From contig JAUCBJ010005505.1 in the NCBI GenBank assembly GCA_032718475.1, positions 665-64,664 on the forward strand: DNA of 64,000 bases, written 5' to 3'. The notes beneath the pieces are model-generated. The model was given only the letters and a program-made list of their open reading frames with translations, ran no database searches and was not told where the DNA came from. Each line of letters opens with the position of its first letter. Position 1 is the first letter of the stretch. The translations under genes and the position numbers were made by a program. Below are positions 35,921 through 48,976 of this stretch, piece by piece. The stretch comes from Nemertoderma westbladi. Its lineage: Eukaryota > Animalia > Xenacoelomorpha.

Positions 35921-36509
35921 AGTTTAACCTGCTAATTTATGTGTCTTACTGTATAATGTCTGACAGCCCGTACAAAATATGACCACAGCCGAAGTCAGTC
36001 TAGTGCGGCGTATGACCCACCGTGTGTGGGAGACTGAATTCTATGGCAGAGAGAGAGGTAGGCAACTTTGTATTATTCGATTAAGCTCTACTATATTATC
36101 TCCCCAATGTACTGTATGTTTGAATGTTGTAAAAGTATGTTTATTTTCAGGGCAATACCAACAGTTCTTCTAGATGTTGCGCTTTAAATACCACACAGAG
36201 TTATGACTTATACTAATTACAACGGATGGTCATGAGATAACGCAAATGTTTACATTCTTTAGGAATTTATTATTAATCGTTCACACTCACGTAACTGACA
36301 ATGGTACTGAAATACGCTAATTTGCCGACTGTCACCTGACTGGCAGTCAGACGTCAGCAACCAAGTTATGAGAGATACTTGTTACGAGAGTTTGATATGG
36401 AAGTGGAAAGTTAATAGATTTGCGTTCTATGATTCTCTCTGGCCGCTGATGGTTCTGGGCGAAGTCAGAAAGTCAGAATGAAGGATTCTGTCGCATTGCG
36501 ACATTTACA

Positions 36510-38154
36510 GGGTGCATGTAAAGAGCGGACTGCGGACTGGCGGACTACGGACTGGGGATTGCCAAAATCCGCGCGGTCAATTTGAATTATCGACTTCCAA
36601 ACTAAGAATCCGCTCTTTGTTGTCTGGACAAATTGCGGACTGAAGCCTGTAAATTGTAACCTGATTGGCTCAATCATGTACATAGGCTGAAGCTGAACTT
36701 AAAGAATGAATCATCCCATTTGGCTTTTAAATGTTTACCATTGTGCAACACTGTAATACAGGAAATAATTATCCTATACAGTAATTACGTGGACTGTTGA
36801 TTAAGGGCCTACTATATAATCAACATTCTACGGATTTTCAGATTATTCATTTCAATAAATATTTTTATATACTTCCTGCCTTTAGAGTTTATGTCACAGT
36901 TGTCTGTTCGCAAATATAAAAGAGCGAATATTCGGACATCCTAAGCGCAGGAGCTGGGGGAAGATCTTCTCTGTGCTGGGGGTAAGAGAGCGTAAGAAAA
37001 GGGGGAACAGGGGCAAAGAAAAGGGGTGTGGATCTATAAATAGCATCCAATAGGACGCATCTAATTACTGGCATTTAATTCTGTCCAAATTTTTATGACA
37101 GCCTTAAAATGAAAACCACGAACACCTGATCGGCTAGTGCTTTTTTTAATGCTTTTTTAGTGTGGGCTGTGATATCCTACATATCTGACATACGATTAAC
37201 TGGGCCCATGTGAAGTATACCAGACTTTCTGCCGTTATATTTCACTTTGCAGTTACCCCCATGTGAAGAATACCAGGTTTTCACCAAAAATACAGGTTAC
37301 AGAAGGGCTGAATCTAACCAAAACAATAAACAAATTAGTATATGTACAGGTTATAAGACAGAAATTAGCGATATAAAACACTTAATAAAGATAAATTAAA
37401 AAAAATAAAAAATCTTCATATATAAAATTCCAATAAAAAGTCGACCGAAAAGTGAAATCCTGGTATTCTTCACATGGGCGATTAACTGTGGGGCGAGCAA
37501 CGTAAGTCCAGGTGAGCCTTAGCATATCGCATATCAGCATATGGGTATAAGTGGTGGACCCGTCTGTCGTTGTCATCGTCGGAAATGTTTGAACGCTAAT
37601 AAGTCGGTCAATCTTGGAAAAATAATGTTTCACAACTAGTATGTACGACAAAATTTAAGTAACAAACAAACAATGAATATCTTATAACGTCGCGGTTCAC
37701 ACCTTTAAGCAATAAGCATAACTCTGCTTCGGCAGCAGAAGTACATACTAAGGTCTGACAGTAGTCCCAAAGTCTTCATCCAAAGTAGAGTTACGAATGA
37801 ATCATGCTTAAAAGAGTGAACCGGCCTTAACCTGAGGGATTTTATTGAAAGTTCAAGAGTTCTTCCTACTGCCTACATAATAGGTTTTCAAAATAATAGG
37901 TTTCCATCTCTGTGTCACAATGAAAACATTTAAGCCAATAAGAGGATTCAGGAAACTTCCCTTTGGGCCTATGTAAATGATTGAGCCAATCAGGTTAAAA
38001 TTTTCTGGCTTCAGTCCGCCGTTTGTCCAGACAACAAAGAGCGGATTCTTACATTATAATGCTATAATTCAAATTGACCGCGCATATTTGGGCTTTTAAT
38101 TGACAATCCACAGTCCGTAGTCCGCAGTCCGCAGTCCGCTCTTTACATGCACCC
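36510..38154. mobile_element. Non-autonomous Mutator-like element (TIRs of about 170 bp, 9-bp TSD)
   Basis: Inverted ends gggtgcatgtaaagagcggactgcggac... / ...gtccgcagtccgctctttacatgcaccc. Perfect 9-bp duplication acatttaca at 36501-36509 and 38155-38163. Confidence 0.9.
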
Positions 38155-38239
38155 ACATTTACATATGTAAACAAAGGCCGGTAAACTGAAAATCGCGCTG
38201 ATTGGACGAAAAATAACATAGGCCCTATGGATAAAGAAA

Positions 38240-38650
38240 CAGCTGGCAAATTTCGTCATTGTAGCTCTGTACCAAAACAGACGCTAGAGGGCATAAGTCT
38301 ATACATTCTACAATCCCTTGAAATAATGCTGGCCTTTTAGAGTACAGTAGTTCGCGAATTGCACAAAAACGACACATTTTTGCCGCAAAAGCTTTAACAA
38401 CCGCTCTTTTCGCAAAGAGGGCGAAATTAACTTCATTGTCCAAGGTTATTCCGACGGACCTGGATTCGCATCGACTTCCTGGTAAGAACCTATGCAGAAA
38501 ACTCGCCTTTTAGCTACAAGGGCTACGGCCAATAGGTTCCACGGGAAACTGTGCAAGACTCGAGGAACTTTCCACGAGCCGACTTCCGACTGCGTCTGTA
38601 AATTCTGCGGCACCTCAGCAATAAGCGGTAGGTACCATTGCCTCAAATAA
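38240..38650 (+). mobile_element. 3' end of a non-LTR retrotransposon ORF with a Cys/His motif
   Basis: A plus-strand frame reads RLLATRATANRFHGKLCKTRGTFHEPTSDCVCKFCGTSAISGRYHCLK; stops upstream. Confidence 0.55.
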
Positions 38651-39581
38651 CTCGGGCCCCCACTCTCAGCGCTCTCCATTTTAAAATTAGGGAAAATTTA
38701 TTCTGTTCATTGTTTATTGCTATGTTTATACAGTACTGATTTTACTGCTTTTTAACCCCTTTTACTCATACAGAGATAAAATAAAAAAAAATGTTATTTT
38801 ACTATTTTACAGCCGTGCAATAACTCAGTAATAATTACAGTATTATTTCAGAATTATTTCCCTGCCCTGCATGACCTCACCAGTCCTAGTGACCTATAAA
38901 AACTGCAGAACTGTCTGACTGTCAGATTGTATACCGATAACAGAAAACACCAGACTCTGTGAGGGGACAGCTATTCCAGTATTCATTAGGCCCCCTATTC
39001 CTGTATTCACTATTCATGCAGTGGTCCTACTGCAGTACTGCAGTTTTGTGTATTGAGAGCTGGAGAGGCGACTGTCAGGTGTCAGGCCCTTCCTTCACCA
39101 TTCTGCCAATACAGCAATAAGAAATACCTACTGACCTAGGCTACCCTATATGCTATAATTATAATAATACAAATAAATACAATACCGGTACAGCTAAAGC
39201 TGTCTGTATCTGCTGATCTGTCAGTCTGTGTTAGTGTGTGTGTAGTGCTGTACACTGTCAGACTGTAGTGTGTATAGACCTACTGCAGTACAGCAGTACG
39301 GTACTGACCTCTGGACCTAGCTGCCTAATCCAGTAGTCCTGTCTGCTTCTGCTTCTGCTAGTAGCTTCTGTGTTCTGTACTGCTGTAGTACAGTAGTAGC
39401 AAGCTAGTCAGCACCGCAGTACCGCTACCGGTAGTACTGTATCAGTGTATTGTGCAGTTGTGTATTGCCTGTCTGCCTGTACCGCGTACCGGTACCAACC
39501 TGCCAACATAAAGCCATCATCATCATTCAGTCATTAGGCTGTTAGGCTACCCAGCTACCGTACTGCATTAGCAACAGAGCA

Positions 39582-40121
39582 ATGTCCGATGGGAACACCG
39601 AGAGAGGGGTTGTGAAGTGGTTCAGCAACGAAAAGGGATTTGGGTTTATCACCCCGGATGCGGGAGGTGAAGACCTGTTTGTTCATCAAACACAAATACA
39701 CGCAAAGGGTTTCCGATCGTTGGCAGAAGATGAGAAGGTTGAATTCGTTAGAGTTCCGGATGAGCGCGGGAATGGGAAGGAGAAAGCGACCAACGTAACG
39801 GGACCGGATGGTGCATACGTAGTTGGGGCGCCTCGGGATGGGGGTGGTGGTGGGAGAGGGGGAGGGTTCGATCCTTACAGAGGGGGTGGGGGTGGTGGAC
39901 GATATGGGGGAGGAGGTGGTTACGGTGGCGGCGGTGGCTACGGAGGGGGAGGGGGTGGCGGCGGAGGAAATTACGGTGGCGGCGGTGGAAATTACGGTGG
40001 GGGTGGTGGAAATTACGCTGGGGGCGGTGGAAATTACGGTGGTGGCGGAGGAAATTACGGTGGGGGCGGTGGAAATTACGGTGGGGGAGGTGGAAATTAC
40101 GGAGGCGGAAACTATTACTGA
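39582..40121 (+). CDS. Cold-shock-domain protein with a glycine-rich (GGGGGNY)n tail; intronless CDS
   Basis: RNP1/RNP2 motifs in [17 protein letters not shown]...DLFVHQ...[13 protein letters not shown]...NVTGPDG, followed by RGG and GGNY repeats. Confidence 0.93.
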   Translation: MSDGNTERGVVKWFSNEKGFGFITPDAGGEDLFVHQTQIHAKGFRSLAEDEKVEFVRVPDERGNGKEKATNVTGPDGAYVVGAPRDGGGGGRGGGFDPYRGGGGGGRYGGGGGYGGGGGYGGGGGGGGGNYGGGGGNYGGGGGNYAGGGGNYGGGGGNYGGGGGNYGGGGGNYGGGNYY

Positions 40122-41631
40122 ATAACAACACAGCAACAGTATGAAAGTATCAACTATCGTAAGCGTAACTCTACTCATGTACTCCTTCCTCTAATACTTT
40201 CGTAGCACCTGCCGCTCCCATAACACGCCAGCAACCGGTAGTGCATAATTTCGAAAAACACGGGTGCTTGCTGGCAGGCTGGGGTGGGTAGGGGTGTATT
40301 TGTGTGGTTTAGGCCTATCTATATATACAACACCATATACTGGTAGGCCTATTAGCCTATAGGAGAGGATATATATGGACCTCACCTATATATAAATAAA
40401 TCTATGATCCTCGTTTGTATTTGGCTTTAACAGATCGCGTTGTATATCTTCGGTTTTATTATGTCATTCTTTACACATATTACTGGGCCATGTAATTGTA
40501 TGTGTGTCTCGTAATGGTTAGGCCTACTTTTAATGTAGGCGTAGCTATATGCTCTAGCTGTAACAAACAATTGTCTGAAATTATTTTTATATTTTATATA
40601 GTCAATGCTGTTTCTGTGTGTAAGGAGTAAGGAGCAGACAACTGTTCCCCAAAAGGCTATATGGCTTCGAAAAAATAATGCTTTTGTAATTAATTACTAA
40701 TTAATTATTTTTAGTTAATACTGTATATATATTATATATAGTACCTAAAAATAATTAACTAGTTAGTAATTAATGCTTTCGAAATTACGCCTAATTAATT
40801 ACTAAGAAATAATTATTTTTAGATAATATATATCTTTAATAATGGTGAAATCTGGGTGTATAATAATTAGTTTAGTTATCAGTACCGGGTATATGAAATG
40901 TATACACCAGTCTGTTATGTATTTGAGGTGGTTTTGATTTTGGTTTATTAAAGTATAAGTAGTGTTCCTAGTACGCGTAGCACTTATATATCTCGATTAC
41001 GGTATATATACCGTAAATATATATATATGGAATAAGTTTAATGAGTATTATATAACAAATGACAACATTTAAGCCGTTTCATAATGTATATGACGTTGTT
41101 TTTTTAAGATTACTGGGTCAGATATTCATATATTGAGTTGAGCTGCTTGTATTTTCGTTAATATAATGGCCACTAAGGCGTTTTAATTGTTAGCCATTAG
41201 GTACCAAGTTCAGAAGTATATATAATATATAATTACATACCGGTACATATATAGGCCTATATATACATACATACTACTTGTATTTTGTAATGAACTTACA
41301 TCTGTCAACGTCACACATTTATTAGGCCCTATTCAAATTGTTTCTTTGATGGCGTTTTGCAAGTATATACAGTAGTTTTAAACTTCCTTCATTTATTGAC
41401 AATAGCGTTTGTGACTATTAGTTTTTTCAAAAACTATTGAAATAGAAGATACCGGTATTATTTACTTACAGTCCGAACACCGTGATTTCATGAATCGATC
41501 AATATATTGTATTATAATGCTCTATTAGAATTTACAAAGCTATTTTCCTCATTTTAGCCGACCTGTAGGTTAAATAACACACCAAATACATCAGGTATCC
41601 GGCAAAACCAGACTAATGATAATGGAGACTT

Positions 41632-44600
41632 TATTTACCAAAACATTTGGTGTTAAAAATTAGCACTAAAATTTATATTAATACCAGACTAATAAATTGA
41701 GACAGTGACTATTATATAGCAATCATAAATTACAATTGGGGTGTTTGTCTCAGTGTGTCGTACATGCTAACTTTATAAAGCTCATTCGTACCGGAATATG
41801 TGACTAAATTCGGTAGGATGTTAACACCAATGCTACATCCACAAACAAGTTGAATTACCATTAGGATTAACAGAAAAGTAAACTAACTTTACAGAATGGA
41901 AATATATATAATCTCAGTATAAGCTATTATTTTTTTATTTACCTACAAACAACTTCACTACATTAGGCGAATATAATAATTTCTAACTTCCTAATGTATC
42001 TTTTCTTGTTTGTTGGACATGATATTTTAAGGATTTAATGAATTAGGTTTTTTGGACAGTTATAACAAATTAATTTTATATATTTTATAATGTAATTAAT
42101 TATAGGAACGTTTTTCCTTTTATGGAATCGTTTCGTATTTAGTATTCATTATCCAAATATATATTAATATCTTATTGAATATATATACTATATTCAATAC
42201 ATGTACTATTAGTATAAGTATTATACACCACACATGCTTCTATATATAAAAATACATGCATTCGATTTGTATATTATCATACTTACTCCCTTACATTCAA
42301 TAACAATACCAATCGAATTCAAGCAAAAACATATTTTTATACTAAGAAGCATGCATGATGGTTGCATTGGGAGTATAATGCATGTATGTATATGTACAAT
42401 ACAATATGATTATATGAAGCTACAATTTAAATTTCTTGTGTCAAAAAAATATTATTTTTATATTCATACGGTATGGTATAAATTAATGCCTGGCTATATT
42501 TTTGTACGTGTCTGTTTACTATTTTGTAGCGACACAGTTGGCCTAAAGTTCTACCGTATGTGCAATTATTAGAATTTGACACATTTTTATAATTATTCAT
42601 TATAAATGTAATGATGCCATCGCCTTTCCTGCACCCTAGTTAAATATATTTTCCAATTCTGAAAACTGAAATTATTTAATAATAGATATTTATAAATGCA
42701 ATTGTAACCAAATATTTATTATAAGCAGGGGAATGGAAGAAAAAAACCAACCAAGGGCCACTTTGTTCGGCGAAAACTAGAAACAAAACTTTATAATGTG
42801 TATTTGATGAATTTGTACCCAATATCAATACCGTGGGGAGTGGAATTTATTATTTTCCTGATTAAAAACCAAAACCATCCAAATCTTAGAAAATTACAGC
42901 AGTAGGGCATGGCATTTTGTTATAACCAGAGAAAGTATCATTCCCATGTTTTTTATGAGCTTCGTGTAGGAGGTACGACAACTGGAAATGTAGAAATATT
43001 CTTTACTAAGTACTTTTTAAAAAAAATACTCTACCTAACCTATCCACAACTACTACTGTTCACTTTAAAGATAGATATAATTAAAAGTAGGGATGTCCCG
43101 GAATTCCGTTCCGGTCGGAATTCCGGAGGTTTTTGCCCGATTCCGTTTCCGGCCGGAATGGGGTCAATTCCGGCCGGAATATTACCGGAATTACCAGGTT
43201 CCTAACTAGTTTGATAGTTGCAATTAGTTTGTTAAATTATTATCAACATTTATATATTTTTTAAACATTATTACCAATTAGTTTAAGATACTTTTCAACA
43301 CTTGTAAAAAAGTATAGAAATGAAGTTTTCTTCGACCGTTAGAGCTAACATTAAAAGATGCAAGGCATAGATGCCCCCTGGTTAGCCCCTTCAAACCATT
43401 CGCGCCGAATCGAAAACTGCCTTGGCCCACATGCTGGGATCGAACCTACGACCTCCAGATAGATTGGAATTCAATGCAACCAGTTCACCAAGGTGGAACC
43501 TAACTAACCTATGTATCGAGGGAAAATTCACAGCCACCCTGTTTAGTTTATTAAAGTGAATGCAGTCTTGATGGGTATATGTAACACATTTCCAAAACAA
43601 ATTCACCTGGTAATGAAACTAAAATGGTCCCACCATATGTTACACCACCTACTGTAGTTGTATTCATATACAATTCACAATAACCATCGTAATTTACATT
43701 AACTAATGAAATGCATCAATAGGCCCGTGCCCCACTGGTCAGAATGTCATTATGAATGCCTCCTTGCTCCATTGGTAACACAAGTCATAAGTCATTTGAT
43801 ATTTACCTAAACATTTGGTGTTAAAAATTAGCACTAAAATTTATGTTAATACCAGACTAATAAATTGAGACAGTGACTATTATATAGCAATCATAAATTA
43901 CAATTGGGGTGTTTGTCTCAGTGTGTCGTACATGCTAACTTTATGAAGCTCATTCGTACCGGAATATGTGACTAAATTCGGTAGGATGTTAACACCAATG
44001 CTACATCCACAAACAAGTTGAATTACCATTAGGATTAACAGAAAAGTAAACTAACTTTACAGAATGGAAATATATATAATCCCAGTATAAGCTATTATTT
44101 TTTTATTTACCTACAAACAACTTCACTACATTAGGCGAATATAATAATTTCTAACTTCCTAATGTATCTTTTCTTGTTTGTTGGACATGATATTTTAAGG
44201 ATTTAATGAATTAGGTTTTTTGGACAGTTATAACAAATTAATTTTATATATTTTATAATGTAATTAATTATAGGAACGTTTTTCCTTTTATGGAATCGTT
44301 TCGTATTTAGTATTCATTATCCAAATATATATTAATATCTTATTGAATATATATACTATATTCAATACATGTACTATTAGTATATGTATTATACACCACA
44401 CATGCTTCTATATATAAAAATACATGCATTCGATTTGTATATTATCATACTTACTCCCTTACATTCAATAACAATACCAATCGAATTCAAGCAAAAACAT
44501 ATTTTTATACTAAGAAGCATGCATGATGGATGCATTGGGAGTATAATGCATGTATGTATATGTACTAGTGTTGAGAACTGAATCAATTTTGACTAATTTC

Positions 44601-47298
44601 AGTTACAGTTACAGTTTCAGTATTCAAAGTTTTGCATTTCAGTTACAGTTACAGTTTCAGTATTCAAAGTTTTGCATTTCAGTTACAGTTACAGTTTCAG
44701 TATTACAAAGTGTAACATTTCAGTTACAGTTACAGTTTCAGTATTACAAAATTGAGCATTTCAGTTTCAGTTACAGTTTCAGTTATTCAATATATATGAT
44801 CTCACGTAGTAAGCAGTCATCTGAAACTAAAAATGAGGCACTTTAATATATTACTGTAATATACGCTAATATTAATGTTCATTACGAAACGTCCTCTTTC
44901 TAGAGCTAATAGGTAGTTGTGGTAGGAAAGTTGGACCCACGCTATGGTAATATTTTGTAACTAATATACTGATAGTATGTAATGAAAGTGTCACGTCACA
45001 AGATCACACTAAAGGCACCCACATTTTACTGTACATCTTGTTTCAGTGCTTGTACAGTACTGTTATCATTTATTGTTTTGGTTATAAAGCCATGCTTCTG
45101 AATCCTGCTCATTTTCCTTAATTCGTAATTTGTTTTAGTAATCATATATTTATTGTTTTGGTTAGACCCACCTCGATAAGCTGCTCCTTTCACTTTTAAG
45201 TTTAATTTTGTAATTTATAATGGTAAACTTGATCAAAATTTAATTTCCAGTGTGCCTCTAGTGTGATTGTGATATTAATAGTACCGGTAAAAACATTAAT
45301 AATTAATAATGTAAGATATATATCCGTTAATATCCCTCTACCATTAGGCCTAACTTTTCTTTGTTTATCTAAAACATTTACATTTAATATGAAGCAAAAG
45401 TGGTGATAAGGCTGATAATAGTCTAATAGTTGAGACAGATAAACATAGACTATATGCTACTGTAGATCTTCGTTCACTACTTGACTCGCCAAATAAATCA
45501 CATTTGAGTTAAGTGGGCAATGGGTTTTTTATTTTATATTGTGTAATATTATGGTTTTGTTCAGAAGTGGAAAAAATGAGATTGTTTTTTTATAACAATG
45601 TTTTAAAAATGATACCTATTATATATGGTAACCATATATGGTAACCACTGTTATTCATTTATTAAACTGTACTCTATACTTTATTACCATACTGTTTTAA
45701 ATGCTCATTCATGTTAATTGTGTGATTGAGAACTGAATCGGATTTTGTTAATTTCAGTTTCAGTTACAGTATTCAAAATTCGTAATTACAGTTTCAGTTA
45801 CAGTTACAGTATTCAAAATTCGCAATTACAGTTGCAGTTATAGTTACAGTATCAAAAAAATCATCAAAACCATTCAGTTACAGTTGCAGTTACAGTATAA
45901 TTACAGTTACAGTTCTCAACACTAATATGTACAATACAATATGATTATATGAAGCTACACTGCTACAATTTAAATTTCTTGTGTCAAAAAAATATTATTT
46001 TTATATTCATACGGTATGGTATAAATTAATGCCTGGCTATATTTTTGTACGTGTCTGTTTACTATTTTGTAGCGACACAGTTGGCCTAAAGTTCTACCGT
46101 ATGTGCAATTATTAGAATTTGACACATTTTTATAATTATTCATTATAAATGTAATGATGCCATCGCCTTTCCTGCACCCTAGTTAAATATATTTTCCAAT
46201 TCTGAAAACTGAAATTATTTAATAATAGATATTTATAAATGCAATTGTAACCAAATATTTATTATAATCAGGGGAATTAAAGAAAAAACCAACCAAGGGC
46301 CACTTTGTTCAGCGAAAACTAGAAACAAAACTTTATAATGTGTATTTGATGAATTTATACCGTGGGGAGTGGAATTTATTATTTTCCTGATTAAAAACCA
46401 AAACCATCCAAATCTTAGAAAATTACAGCAGTAGGGCATGGCATTTTGTTATAACCAGAGAAAGTATCATTCCCATGTTTTTTTATGAGCTTCGTGTAGG
46501 AGGTACGACAACTGGAAATGTAGAAATATTCTTTACTAAGTACTTTTAAAAAAAAATACTCTACCTAACCTATACACAACTACTACTGTTCACTTTAAAG
46601 ATAGATATAATTAAAAGTAGGGAGGTCCCGGAATTCCGGTCGGAATTCCGGCGGTTTTTGCCCAATTCCGGTTCCGGCCGGAATATTACCGGAATTACCA
46701 GGTTCTTAACTAGTTTGATAGTTTGATTAGTTTGTTAAAATATTATCAACATTTATATATTTTTTAAACATTATTACCAATTAGTTTAAGATACTTTTCA
46801 ACACTTGTAAAAAAGTATAGAAATGAAGTTTTCTTCGACCGTTAGAGCTAACATTAAAGGATGCAAGGCATAGATGCCCCCTGGTTAGCCCCTTCAAACC
46901 ATTCGTGCCGAATCTGCCGTGGCCCACATGCTGGGATCGAACCCACGACCTCCAGATAGATTGGAATTCAATGCAACCAGTTCACCAAGGTGGAACCTAA
47001 CTAACCTATGTATCGAGGGAAAATTCACAGCCACCCTGTTTAGTTTATTAAAGTAAATGCAGTCTTGATGGGTATATGTAACACATTTCCAAAACAAATT
47101 CACCTGGTAATCAAACTAAAATGGTCCCACCATATGTTACACCACCTACTGTAGTTGTATTCATATACAATTCACAATAAGCATCGTAATTTACATTAAC
47201 TAATGAAATGCATCAATAGGCCCGTGCCCCACTGGTCAGAATGTCAATATGAATGCCTCCTTGCTCCATTGGTAACACAAGTCATAAGTCATTTGATA
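41632..47298. repeat. Tandem segmental duplication of about 2.17 kb (copy 1 41632-43799; copy 2 43800-47298, including a 1.36 kb insertion)
   Basis: Both copies start tatttacc.aaacatttggtg and end caagtcataagtcatttgat. Duplicated ORFs appear at 42234/44384 and 43391/46894. Confidence 0.95.
44566..45924. mobile_element. Non-autonomous hAT-like DNA transposon
   Basis: 15-bp perfect TIR tagtgttgagaactg / cagttctcaacacta; 8-bp TSD atatgtac (44558-44565 and 45925-45932); cagtta/cagttt subterminal repeats. The empty site is visible in duplication copy 1 (about 42390-42400). Confidence 0.93.
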
Positions 47299-47695
47299 AA
47301 AAATATTAGATACTGCATATTTATACCCAAAGTAACCAATCACAGACCTCTTGCCGGATATAACACATGAGTCATGTGTCAAAAAATTATATTGATTTCC
47401 CTGTCGTTCAATGCCGAAGTACCATCCCGTCCCCATAAGGGCACAGGCCATTCTCCACTCCACCCACTTTATTTCCCCCCAAGGTTCTGATTCCTCTCAT
47501 TATCAAACTTAGCTTTAGAAATTTAAAAAATTCATTTGTTTCACAAAAAATTATAAAATTTCATGGGTCATTTAGTGTATTTCACTACAATTATAGAAAA
47601 TTCCGGTTCCGGCCGGAATATTCCGGCCGGAATATTCCGGCATGTTGAATTCCGGTTCCGACCGGAATCAAAATATCGATTCCGGGACATCCCTA
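46618..47695. mobile_element. Non-autonomous hAT-like DNA transposon; its left part is duplicated at 43088-43799
   Basis: TIRs taggga(t/g)gtcccggaat / attccgggacatcccta; 8-bp TSD attaaaag; ccggaat subterminal repeats. Confidence 0.9.
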
Positions 47696-48204
47696 ATTAA
47701 AAGTACTGATATTCACTTCAAATTAAAGATAAAATCTACGTATTATGCCGATAGTTAATCACACTTAAAAGACAATCTGAAATATAGGGTAAAATAAAGG
47801 CCATAAAATCCCTCTATTGCAGCTGCACATTGAGATGCCTTGCTGGCTAAACAAACAAATTGTGCCACCGCCATGCAATCTACAAATTGGCTTTCTGTGA
47901 TGCAGCGTGCATGGATGCTACGCCGGCTTATCGACAAAATCGCACATAAACATGTACATTAAACCTATGTCCATAAACAAAAACCCATAGTTTAAAACTT
48001 TTAAACCCATCGTTATAGAACAAAAACCCATTGTTTAAAACTTTTAAACCCATCGTTATAGATCAAAAATGCATAGTTTAAAACTTTTTTAACTTTGTCA
48101 AATTATTAAGTAACAATCGTAAGGCCGCGTGAGATAGGCCTCTAAGTGAAATAATATATATTTATTACTTCAAACATAGTGGACATATATACATTCGTTT
48201 GTAG

Positions 48205-48315
48205 GAGACCGAATTATCCTAGTCAGTATCCGGACAATTCGGTCCCGGACAATTCGGTCCCGGACAATTCGGTCCCAAAACACAAAATTAATGGGACCGA
48301 ATGTCCAGCTTCCGC
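48205..48315. repeat. 15-bp repeat x3 (ccggacaattcggtc) with inverted copies; MITE-like
   Basis: Tandem units with inverted gaccgaattatcc / gggaccgaatgtcc nearby. Confidence 0.6.
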
Positions 48316-48675
48316 TGCGGCCTATATATATAGTCATTATGCCGATGGTTGATAATAAAATATACATTCATTTCATTTAAGACAATCAGTCAACAACCAT
48401 AAACCATTTAATTATATACCACTGTTGAAGTACTTTAAACATTAATACTCTGCGTATTGCAATATGAATTATTCATAACTTTGTTACCAACCACAAACCG
48501 CCGCTTAATTAAATACCACCTGGTACAATGCAGTATATACCTATATCTATTAATCGACTGTTAGAAACTGCTTTGTGAAGCAATCATTAATGAAAAGTGA
48601 TCGAAAAGTTTTTTTGAAAATAAAAGTATATATTTTGAAAAATTGGTGTGTTATAATCTTACCAAAACCATAATA

Positions 48676-48976
48676 ATGTTGTCTGCACACCAAATAATAA
48701 TAATTCACATCATGGCCAACGTGATACCAGTATCATTTGGTGCAAGTGTTTACATGAACTCTTTCTGTACTACTGAAGGCTCACCAGACGGAGTGTCTTC
48801 TACCAAAGCCACATCAGCACACCAATGCAGCATTGATTGCGAACAAAACAAGAATCAATGCTGGTCTTTCAGTTTCACTGATGACAAATGTGAGATCTAT
48901 AGCGAGGATTGTCTGACAGAGATGGACAGCTGGGATGTTGAGACACTGGGAAAACGATGGGTCAGCAACAGCAAAG
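48676..48976 (+). CDS. Secreted PAN/apple-like domain protein, coding exon 1
   Basis: Hydrophobic N-terminus MLSAHQIIIIHIMANVIPVSFGA, then a C...C.SFSF....C..Y pattern; donor aaag|gtatgc, phase 1. Confidence 0.7.

Noticed and set aside
38446-38679. 77-aa minus-strand ATG ORF as the missing first ELKS exon
   Set aside because: No ELKS similarity or convincing phase 0 donor; it is antisense to a LINE C-terminal Cys/His remnant.
39555-40178. Antisense 207-aa ORF resembling a signal peptide plus mucin-like S/T repeats
   Set aside because: Expected shadow frame of the GGN-rich cold-shock gene; no independent support.
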